Assembly (NCBI GenBank): GCA_964586855.1
Contig: CAZPHO010000001.1
Coordinates: forward strand, 66,076-90,075
Origin: an uncultured Candidatus Saccharibacteria bacterium
GTDB lineage: Bacteria; Patescibacteriota; Saccharimonadia; Saccharimonadales; Saccharimonadaceae
Length of the DNA stretch: 24,000 nucleotides
Direction: 5' to 3'
A program made the translations under genes and the position numbers. Shown piece by piece: positions 6,629 through 13,302 of the stretch. Numbering within the stretch: the first letter of the stretch is position 1; the number at the start of each line of letters is the position of its first letter. The notes below the pieces were generated by a model, which was not told the origin of the DNA, did not search any database, and worked only from the letters and a program-made list of their open reading frames with translations.

Positions 6629-6814
6629 ATGACCAACAAATTAAAATCGCTGATCGCACTGGTTCTGACTATTTTTTCGATGACTCGTTTGATGCGAGCT
6701 GCTAACTTTATGATTATGGGCGGCGAAGGCGAGCTGTTGCGAGTGATTTTTTATGGTATATTGTTTGTTGGCTCGCTGATTACTTTTGCCTATTATTTTA
6801 AAGCTAAGGATTGA
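6629..6814 (+). CDS. Small hypothetical membrane protein (two predicted TM helices) between hrcA and grpE
   Basis: This 61-aa ORF fills the hrcA-grpE gap exactly. It has two hydrophobic stretches (LIALVLTIFSM, VIFYGILFVGSLITFAYYF). I recognise no homology. Confidence 0.4.
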   Translation: MTNKLKSLIALVLTIFSMTRLMRAANFMIMGGEGELLRVIFYGILFVGSLITFAYYFKAKD

Positions 6815-6822
6815 AGGAAATT

Positions 6823-7299
6823 ATGAAAAAAGATTCTAAAATTAATAAACAATTAGAAAAATTGCAAACTGAGAATGCAGAGCTGCTGGCAGATTTGCAG
6901 CGGACTCGGGCTGATTTTGAGAATTTTCGTAAAAATGTTGATGCTGAAAAAGATCGCTTAAGTTTGGCAACCAAACAAGCTATGATTTTGAAATTATTGC
7001 CAGTAATTGACGGGATTGACCAAGCTACTAATCATCTGCCAGCTGAGCTTGAGGATAATTCGTGGGCAACTGGAGTTTTGAAACTAAATCAAAAACTAGT
7101 TGATGACTTGTCGCGTATCGGTGTACGAAAAATCAAGGCTGAAATTGGCCAAGAATTCAACCCTGATCAGCACTCAGCACTGTTGATAGACGAAGAGACT
7201 GAGGGCGAAGCGGAGGTGATTGCCGAAGTGTTGCAGCCGGGCTATTGGTATGATGATCAAGTCATGCGTCCGGCATCGGTCAAAGTTGCTCGTCAATAA
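6823..7299 (+). CDS. grpE: Nucleotide exchange factor GrpE
   Basis: It has an N-terminal coiled-coil, RTRADFENFRK, LLPVIDGIDQA and FNPDQHSA. I prefer ATG 6823, preceded by AAGGA (6814-6818). The ORF-track TTG at 6811 is the alternative. Confidence 0.9.
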   Translation: MKKDSKINKQLEKLQTENAELLADLQRTRADFENFRKNVDAEKDRLSLATKQAMILKLLPVIDGIDQATNHLPAELEDNSWATGVLKLNQKLVDDLSRIGVRKIKAEIGQEFNPDQHSALLIDEETEGEAEVIAEVLQPGYWYDDQVMRPASVKVARQ

Positions 7300-7345
7300 G
7301 ATCCTTGACTTTTGCACCCAAACAGCGTAAAATTTGTCTAGATTT

Positions 7346-7422
7346 GGGACCATAGCTCAGCTGGTTAGAGCACCTGCCTTTTAAGCAGGGTGTCCCGGGT
7401 TCAAGTCCCGGTGGTCCCTCCA
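7346..7422 (+). tRNA. tRNA-Lys (anticodon UUU, 7380-7382), CCA encoded
   Basis: I folded the cloverleaf by hand. The acceptor is GGGACCA/TGGTCCC, the D arm GCTC..GAGC, the anticodon stem CCTGC/GCAGG with loop CTTTTAA, and the T arm CCGGG-TTCAAGT-CCCGG. The 3' end is a T discriminator plus CCA. Confidence 0.95.
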
Positions 7423-7441
7423 ATTTTATAAAATAATTAGA

Positions 7442-7471
7442 AACGGTTACTTTTCCAAGTAGCCGTTTTTT
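7442..7471 (+). terminator. Rho-independent terminator after tRNA-Lys
   Basis: AACGGTTAC-ttttccaa-GTAGCCGTT forms a 9-bp stem with one G-U pair, running into TTTTTT. Confidence 0.7.
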
Positions 7472-7630
7472 CATTGCCCAAACGAGGCTGTAAATACAGT
7501 TTAACAATTAGAATAAACGGCAGAGCTTGCCACAACGCTGGGCAAAGCGATTGGCAGCAGTTTTTTCACTGATCGTGGCGGTGCAAATCCGCTCCTGGTT
7601 GCAATCAGAAGAACCCAGCCAGAGATTATT

Positions 7631-7666
7631 AAAAGCAGCTAGGCTTAGAACCTAGCTGCTTTTTTC
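7631..7666. terminator. Bidirectional rho-independent terminator
   Basis: AAAAGCAGCTAGG-cttagaa-CCTAGCTGCTTTT is a perfect 10-bp GC-containing stem. It is flanked by an A-run on one side and a T-run on the other. It lies 29 nt past the stop of the minus-strand gene ending at 7695. Confidence 0.8.
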
Positions 7667-7694
7667 TTACACGAAGTGTCTTGAGGATCAAGTG

Positions 7695-8147
7695 TTATCG
7701 TTTCTTTTTGCGGCGAGTCGAGTCTGATCGGCCAATCTTAGGTCGCAAAGTCTTCTTTTTCTTGCTAATCACAACAGCAACAGCTCCCGCAATCAGTGCT
7801 AGTCCGAGCCCGACCCCGACTCTAACCAGCAAAGCAGTAAGAGGCGACTGTTTGTTGACGGTTTTATCTAAGTTGAACCGATTGGTGCTTTTGATTTGCT
7901 CAAAGTTGACCTCATAGTTAATCTCAGCGATTTTTTCCGGTGAGTGGTCAAAATTTTCCGTGCCAATCTCACCATATTCAATTTCAATTGGAATCACTCC
8001 TTCAGAATATACAATCTCTCCGTTAGCTTTTTCAATTCGGAGATGTAGTTGGTTGAAATCAACTTTTTGTGGTTGAATTGTGATTGATGCTTGATTGTTC
8101 TTGAAGCTGACTTCGCTAGCTTCAGTTACGATAGCGTATTTTTGCAA
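7695..8147 (-). CDS. C-terminal portion of a surface-anchored protein (no signal peptide of its own; C-terminal TM + poly-basic tail)
   Basis: The ORF-track start is TTG with no SD. The C-terminus is SPLTALLVRVGVGLGLALIAGAVAVVISKKKK...RRKKKR. The frame stays open upstream through 8243 and matches the frame of the 8244-8633 ORF (see findings). Confidence 0.55.
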   Translation of the reverse strand: MQKYAIVTEASEVSFKNNQASITIQPQKVDFNQLHLRIEKANGEIVYSEGVIPIEIEYGEIGTENFDHSPEKIAEINYEVNFEQIKSTNRFNLDKTVNKQSPLTALLVRVGVGLGLALIAGAVAVVISKKKKTLRPKIGRSDSTRRKKKR

Positions 8148-8243
8148 ATCACTTACTCTGTAGTCAACAATCGAAGATCGTACAGGATCTTCCCAGTAGC
8201 CAGGCCTTAAATCCTTATTTTTTTCAGATAAGAGACTTATTCT

Positions 8244-8633
8244 TTAGCAGTCACTAATTTGGTCAATCTCTATCTCTGATAATTTAGGGATGATCTTACT
8301 GTCTGGAATTTTAGCATATTGTTTGCCAAAGGTCGTGCAGCTAATCCATGGCCTATCGGCAAGAGCATATGGTTTTCGTCCGTAAGTTTCATTTTCGTTG
8401 TAAAAAATATAAGCTTGAAGCGAGCTTAACAGCTCTATTTTCTTGACATCAGGTGGTTTAACGTTTTTGATAGTAAAAGTAGCTTTTTCTGGAGTGACGG
8501 CTCGTCTAGCCTGTGGTATCGACACACTGATCATTAACGCTTGCTCTACTCGCAATGATTGATTGGCAAAAAACAAGCCAGTAATGAGCGCTGTCACGAC
8601 GACTACTTTTCTAAAATATTTTTTCCGGGTCAT
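8244..8633 (-). CDS. N-terminal portion of a secreted/surface protein (signal anchor), ending at an in-frame TAA
   Basis: ATG at 8633 is preceded by AAGGAG. The N-terminus MTRKKYFRKVVVVTALITGLFFANQS is signal-peptide-like. The region is AT-rich. Confidence 0.6.
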   Translation of the reverse strand: MTRKKYFRKVVVVTALITGLFFANQSLRVEQALMISVSIPQARRAVTPEKATFTIKNVKPPDVKKIELLSSLQAYIFYNENETYGRKPYALADRPWISCTTFGKQYAKIPDSKIIPKLSEIEIDQISDC

Positions 8634-8792
8634 GTTTCTCCTTCTAGGGCTTTAGTGTTATTTTGATATAATAGCTTTATTTTTTCATCTGCTTCCTTTG
8701 TTTAGTCTGGCTCGTATAAGTAAACTTTAGCATAGATGCAGTCATTTAAAAAGTCTGAGCCCGAACAGTTATGTCTCGCTAAAACTATCGTG

Positions 8793-8798
8793 TATAAT
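8793..8798 (+). promoter_or_regulatory. -10 box of xfp (leaderless-type spacing)
   Basis: TATAAT at 8793-8798 ends 7 nt before ATG 8806. There is no SD in between. Confidence 0.5.
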
Positions 8799-8805
8799 AA
8801 AGCTT

Positions 8806-11151
8806 ATGTTAGATCAGAAAACCAAAGACAATTTGCAGAAATTTGTGCGGGCGGCTAACTATTTAGCGGTGGCGCAGATGTTTTTAAAAGATAATTATTT
8901 ATTAAAGCAGCCACTAGAATTTGAACATATCAAGCCAAGAATTCTTGGGCACTGGGGGTCATGTCCAGGGATTAGTGTGGCTTATGCTCATTTTTTGCGA
9001 CTGTTGAAAGATCATCCCGAACAGCAAAATAATATTTTTATTTTGGGGCCAGGGCATGGTTTTCCAGGGTTGCAAGCGGACTTGTTTCTTGAGGGAGCGC
9101 TGGCGGAGGTTGATTCTCAAGCGACTCGTGATGAGGCGGGGATTGGATATATTTGTAAGCAGTTTTCTTGGCCGTATGGCTTCCCATCGCATGCTAGTCC
9201 GTATTCTCCCGGCGTGATTTCTGAAGGCGGCGAGCTCGGTTATAGTTTGGCGACGGCGTTTGGGGCGGTGCTCGATCAGCCAGATATGCTGGTGGCGTGT
9301 TTGGTTGGCGATGGCGAGGCCGAGACTGGCGCCTTGTCGGGTGCGTGGCACCTCAATAAGCTAGTTGCTAGTCCAGAAAATGGTTTTGTTTTGCCAATTT
9401 TGCACCTCAATGGCTATAAAATCACTGGCCCAACAGTTTTTGGTCGGATGAGTGACAAAGAATTGTTTGATTATTTTAGTGGCTTGCGCTATGAGCCGCA
9501 TATTGTTGATTATAATTCGCCAAACGACGACGCTAAATTAGCGGCTGTTTTTGATCAGGTTTACGCCAAAATTGAGCAAATTAAAGCCGGTGAAGCCAAA
9601 GACCAGCGGCTGCCGATGATTGTCTTGAAGTCACCGAAAGGTATGACTGGACCCGAAAAGTTCAAAGGCAAGAAGTTAGTTGGTAATAATTTATCTCACC
9701 AAGTGATTTTTGATCATGCGATGGATGATCAGCAGCATTTGCAAGAATTAGAAAAATGGTTGCGTAGTTATCGGCTGGAAGAATTAATGGCTGGCGATAA
9801 ATTTGGGGATTGGTTGGAAGAATTTCTTCCGCCAACTAGGTCTCGACCGGGCAATAACCAGATGGCTTTGACTAAAAAACTTGATGGCAGCTCGATTGAT
9901 AAATTAAGCTTACCGAAAGTGGCTGACTTTGAGCAGCGACTGAACCGAGTCGGTGAGGTTAAATCATTGCCACTGCATTTAATGGGTGATTATTTAGAGC
10001 AGGTTTTTAAATTAAATCATGAAAAGCATAATTTTCGATTTTTCTCACCTGATGAAACGACTTCAAATAAGCTGGGCGCAATTTACAATCAAACCACTAA
10101 AGCTTGGGCGGCCGAAATCAAGTCTTGGGACGGGCCGAGTGGGCGAGATGGCAAATCAATGGAGATTTTGAGCGAGCAAAGCCTGCAGGGAATGATGCAG
10201 GGCTACCAGATTACTGGTCGACACGGTGTGTTGACCAGCTATGAGGCATTTGCGGCGGTGATCAATTCGATGCTGATTCAATATGCGAAGTTTATCCAGC
10301 AGAGTCGAGATGTGACATGGCGCGATCCGATTCCGGCACCAGTTTATCTTTTGACTTCGACTGGCTGGCGACAAGATCATAACGGTTTTTCGCACCAAAC
10401 CTCGAGTTTTGTTGATGAAGTTTTGCGTCGCCAAAATAATTTAGGCACAGTGCTGTTTCCAGCGGACGATAATTTAGGAGTGGTGGCGCTTGACTGGGGT
10501 TTGCGACAAAAAGATCAGATTGTGGCAATTGTTTCGGGCAAAACCGAAGAGCCACGCTGGCGTTCGTTGCTTGAGGCCCAGGTTGACTTTGAGCAAGCCG
10601 CTAGTATTTGGGAATTTGCTAGCGACGATCAGCCAGATTTGGTTTTCGCAGCAGTGGGCGATTATATGGCTCGCGAGAGTTTGTATGCGATGCAACTACT
10701 GCGTCAGGTTATCCCAAAGATTAAAATGCGATTCGTTTATGTGTCAGCCTTGACCAGCGGAGCGATTGGCACGACCGATAATCAATTATCGATTGAGAAA
10801 TTTGACCAAATTTTTACTCCGAATCAGCCAATTATTTTCAATTTTCATGGCTATCCAGAGAGCTTGAAGGCGATTTTGTTTAACTATTTGACAACCGATC
10901 GGGCGAGTGTCCATGGCTACATCGAGCAGGGTTCGACTACGACACCGTTTGATATGATGGTCCGTAACCAAGCTTCTCGTTATCACCTGATGTTTGATGC
11001 ATTGGCTAAATTGGCAGAAAAAGGCAAAATAACCGCACAACAACAAATTAGTTTAACCGCTAAAATCCAGCAAAAACTTGACGCTAACACTAAGCATATC
11101 CAGAAATACGGTAAGGATTTGTCAGAAATTACTGACCAAGTTTGGCAGTAG
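8806..11151 (+). CDS. xfp: Xylulose-5-phosphate/fructose-6-phosphate phosphoketolase
   Basis: The 781-aa protein carries the motifs RAANYL, LGHWGSCPG, GPGHG, EGGELGYS and GDGEAETG, plus the C-terminal PFDM region. Confidence 0.97.
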   Translation: MLDQKTKDNLQKFVRAANYLAVAQMFLKDNYLLKQPLEFEHIKPRILGHWGSCPGISVAYAHFLRLLKDHPEQQNNIFILGPGHGFPGLQADLFLEGALAEVDSQATRDEAGIGYICKQFSWPYGFPSHASPYSPGVISEGGELGYSLATAFGAVLDQPDMLVACLVGDGEAETGALSGAWHLNKLVASPENGFVLPILHLNGYKITGPTVFGRMSDKELFDYFSGLRYEPHIVDYNSPNDDAKLAAVFDQVYAKIEQIKAGEAKDQRLPMIVLKSPKGMTGPEKFKGKKLVGNNLSHQVIFDHAMDDQQHLQELEKWLRSYRLEELMAGDKFGDWLEEFLPPTRSRPGNNQMALTKKLDGSSIDKLSLPKVADFEQRLNRVGEVKSLPLHLMGDYLEQVFKLNHEKHNFRFFSPDETTSNKLGAIYNQTTKAWAAEIKSWDGPSGRDGKSMEILSEQSLQGMMQGYQITGRHGVLTSYEAFAAVINSMLIQYAKFIQQSRDVTWRDPIPAPVYLLTSTGWRQDHNGFSHQTSSFVDEVLRRQNNLGTVLFPADDNLGVVALDWGLRQKDQIVAIVSGKTEEPRWRSLLEAQVDFEQAASIWEFASDDQPDLVFAAVGDYMARESLYAMQLLRQVIPKIKMRFVYVSALTSGAIGTTDNQLSIEKFDQIFTPNQPIIFNFHGYPESLKAILFNYLTTDRASVHGYIEQGSTTTPFDMMVRNQASRYHLMFDALAKLAEKGKITAQQQISLTAKIQQKLDANTKHIQKYGKDLSEITDQVWQ

Positions 11152-11203
11152 AGAATTTTGCTTAATTTTGGTTTTATATCAAGCGGGTTGGTAGGTTTGT
11201 GCG

Positions 11204-11212
11204 TGCTATAAT
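11204..11212 (+). promoter_or_regulatory. Extended -10 element upstream of ackA
   Basis: TGcTATAAT lies at 11204-11212. It is followed by a 31-nt leader with AGGAG (11233-11237), 6 nt before ATG 11244. Confidence 0.5.
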
Positions 11213-11243
11213 TAATCTGTAATTAAAGAAGTAGGAGTAATTA

Positions 11244-12428
11244 ATGGATAGAATTGTTTTGGCAACCAATCCTGGTTCGGCCAGTCGAAAATATGCTTTG
11301 TATCGAGGCGAAAAATGCTTAGCGACGCTTCATTTTGAATATGTTAATGATCGGGCTTATTGTGAAATTTCAGTTGCTGGTGGTGAAAAAAAACCAGTTG
11401 AACTGCAGATTGATAATATCGCCGAAGCGGCTAGTGAGTGTGAACGAATTTTGCGTGAGCAGGGCGTGTTAAGCGACGACCAGCAAATTGATGCAGTGGC
11501 GGCACGGTTGGTGGCACCGAGTCGAGATTTTCAAAAAGATCAATTAATAACGGATGAAATCATTGTTAAGTTGGAGAAAATTCAGTCCAAAGCCCCACTC
11601 CACACAGGTGTAAATTTAGCAGAAATCAAATACTTCAAGCAAGTTTATCCTGACTTGCCAGTGATTGCAGTCTCGGATTCGTCGTTTCATGCTACCAAGC
11701 CGATGAAAGCTTTTCGCTATGCGATTAGTGCTGACCTGCAGGACAAACTAGATATTGGACGGTTTGGTTATCACGGAATTTCAGTCAGTTCAATTGTTGA
11801 AACCATGAAGCGTGAAGGGATTTTGCCTGAAAAACTGATTGTCTGTCATTTGGGTGGTGGTGCTAGCATTACCGCGGTTCAAAATGGCGAAAGCATCGAT
11901 AATTCGATGGGCTATTCGCCACTTGAGGGCTTGATGATGGCGACTCGCTCGGGTGATATTGACGTTTCGGTGGCATTGATGGTCAAGGAAGAGCTGGGTT
12001 TGTCGGATGATGAATTAGAGCAATATCTGAACAAGCAAGCTGGTTTTTTGGGTTTGTCGGAATTATCAGATGATATGCGGTTGGTTTTGGAAGCTGAACA
12101 AAAAGGCGACGAGAAGGCTAAGGTCGCCAATCAAACCTATATTTATCGCCTAGCAAAAACTTTAGGCGGACTGGTTACTGGAATGAACGGTGTCGATGCG
12201 GTTGTCTTCACAGCGACGGTTGGAGAGCGAGGAGCAGATGTGCGCGAGAATATTTGCCAATATTTAGCTTATCTTGGATTTGAGCTTGACTTAGATAAAA
12301 ATAATAATGTCGCTAAGGTCGATAATGTTGTAAATATTGCTACAGAAAATTCAAAACCACTTTACATGATCCGAACTGATGAGCAGACCGAAATGGCACG
12401 TCGCGCCAATGTTGTTCTAGCTGCCTAA
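11244..12428 (+). CDS. ackA: Acetate kinase
   Basis: NPGSASRKYALY, GYHGIS, HLGGGASIT, SMGYSPLEGLMMATRSGDID and VFTATVGERG match the ASKHA acetate/propionate kinase signatures. Confidence 0.95.
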   Translation: MDRIVLATNPGSASRKYALYRGEKCLATLHFEYVNDRAYCEISVAGGEKKPVELQIDNIAEAASECERILREQGVLSDDQQIDAVAARLVAPSRDFQKDQLITDEIIVKLEKIQSKAPLHTGVNLAEIKYFKQVYPDLPVIAVSDSSFHATKPMKAFRYAISADLQDKLDIGRFGYHGISVSSIVETMKREGILPEKLIVCHLGGGASITAVQNGESIDNSMGYSPLEGLMMATRSGDIDVSVALMVKEELGLSDDELEQYLNKQAGFLGLSELSDDMRLVLEAEQKGDEKAKVANQTYIYRLAKTLGGLVTGMNGVDAVVFTATVGERGADVRENICQYLAYLGFELDLDKNNNVAKVDNVVNIATENSKPLYMIRTDEQTEMARRANVVLAA

Positions 12429-13192
12429 AGACGCGGTGTTTTAATACCAGTTGATTCGTAGCCTGGTGAATTTTCAGGTATACCAAACTCAGGGCAGACA
12501 TTAACTAGTGAAAGTTTGCTTAAGATTTGTGGTTCGCTGACAAATTTATTGCTGGTGTCCCAGGCATAAACGATGCTTTTTTGCTTATCCACTTGCAGAT
12601 ATAGTGCCTTGGAGTCGTTGCGGCAGTAGAGTTGATGCTGAGTGGCGCCAGCGTCGCTCGGTGAAATGACCAAACCGATGCTTTCGATCTCATTTACTCT
12701 TGGGTAGGCGCCCGTAGTGTTACGGAAAGCTTCTAGTCGTCGACCGATCTCAGCCACTGTCAAGTAGGTGTCGCTTTTAGGCTTGGTCGGTGGTGGGTTG
12801 ATTAATTCTTGGCGCAACGCTTCGCAATCAGCTGTCTTGTATTTTTTAACATAAGCTGTCTGCAGGTCTTTGTATTTTGACTTCGGGTTAACGCCAAAGA
12901 CACAGTAGCCGTTGGCGGCTAGCTTAACATAGACTTTATTTTCAGTGCTAAACTCAAAAAAGAGCACATCAAGCGGCGCTCCGCTTGGATCATAAGCAAT
13001 AGCTGGTAGGCTAGTCTCAGATATATATACTTTTTGGGCTTTGTCCATCTGGGCAACATCTGCTTCTACGCTGGCGTTATGCGATTTAAGTCGGGCCCGA
13101 TTGGAGCCGACCATGATCACAAGCGTCAATATGCTAATGACCACAATCACAATTATTAATTCAACGATAGTAAACGCTTGATATTTTTTAAT
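12425..13192 (-). CDS. Type IV pilin-like protein (prepilin-type N-terminus); start codon uncertain
   Basis: The ORF track starts at GTG 13150, inside the hydrophobic helix. The frame is open up to 13216 and reads IKKYQA|FTIVELIIVIVVISILTLV. That is a short basic leader, then F at +1 and E at +5, the class III signal. The only start-like codon in the right place is ATT at 13192-13190. Confidence 0.7.
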   Translation of the reverse strand: MKKYQAFTIVELIIVIVVISILTLVIMVGSNRARLKSHNASVEADVAQMDKAQKVYISETSLPAIAYDPSGAPLDVLFFEFSTENKVYVKLAANGYCVFGVNPKSKYKDLQTAYVKKYKTADCEALRQELINPPPTKPKSDTYLTVAEIGRRLEAFRNTTGAYPRVNEIESIGLVISPSDAGATQHQLYCRNDSKALYLQVDKQKSIVYAWDTSNKFVSEPQILSKLSLVNVCPEFGIPENSPGYESTGIKTPRL

Positions 13193-13199
13193 ACTAAAG

Positions 13200-13228
13200 A
13201 TTATAAAGTAGACGATTCAGTTTAGCAA
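13200..13228 (-). promoter_or_regulatory. Promoter of the pilin gene
   Basis: On the minus strand: TTGCTA (13228-13223), 17-nt spacer, TATAAT (13205-13200). The -10 ends 7 nt before the ATT at 13192. Confidence 0.55.
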
Positions 13229-13286
13229 ATCGGTCATGTTTTTGTCACACTGGGCCAGTTCTTGCGCTGCTTTCAGGAGTAATTTA

Positions 13287-13295
13287 TGATATAAT
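13287..13295 (+). promoter_or_regulatory. Extended -10 element of alaS (leaderless-type spacing)
   Basis: TGaTATAAT at 13287-13295 ends 7 nt before ATG 13303. There is no SD. Confidence 0.55.
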
Positions 13296-13302
13296 CTCAA
13301 AC

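Noticed and set aside
7280-7507. 75-aa minus-strand ORF.
   Set aside because: It runs antisense straight through tRNA-Lys and its terminator. Its 'GLEPGTPCLKG' segment is just the antisense of the tRNA.
7577-7600. T-arm-like hairpin plus following CCTGGTT as the 3' half of a tRNA gene or tRNA pseudogene.
   Set aside because: The sequence 48 nt upstream (GCCACAA) cannot pair with CCTGGTT as an acceptor stem. There are no D or anticodon arms and no CCA. It is also not a copy of the tRNA-Lys 3' end, so it is not an att duplication.
7681-7917. 78-aa plus-strand ORF.
   Set aside because: It is antisense to the TM-helix and poly-Lys tail of the 7695-8147 gene. Its Ala/Pro/Thr/Ser-rich sequence is a mirror of that region. 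It begins inside the terminator flank and has no SD.
8959-11046. ORF-track entries inside xfp: several 73-130 aa minus-strand ORFs (8959-9351, 10156-10434, 10292-10555, 10474-10695, 10786-11046) and one plus-strand alternate-frame ORF (10490-10753).
   Set aside because: All lie entirely within the strongly conserved phosphoketolase reading frame. Their translations are low-complexity and Arg/Leu/Ser-rich with no recognisable motifs, starts or SDs. This is typical of shadow ORFs.
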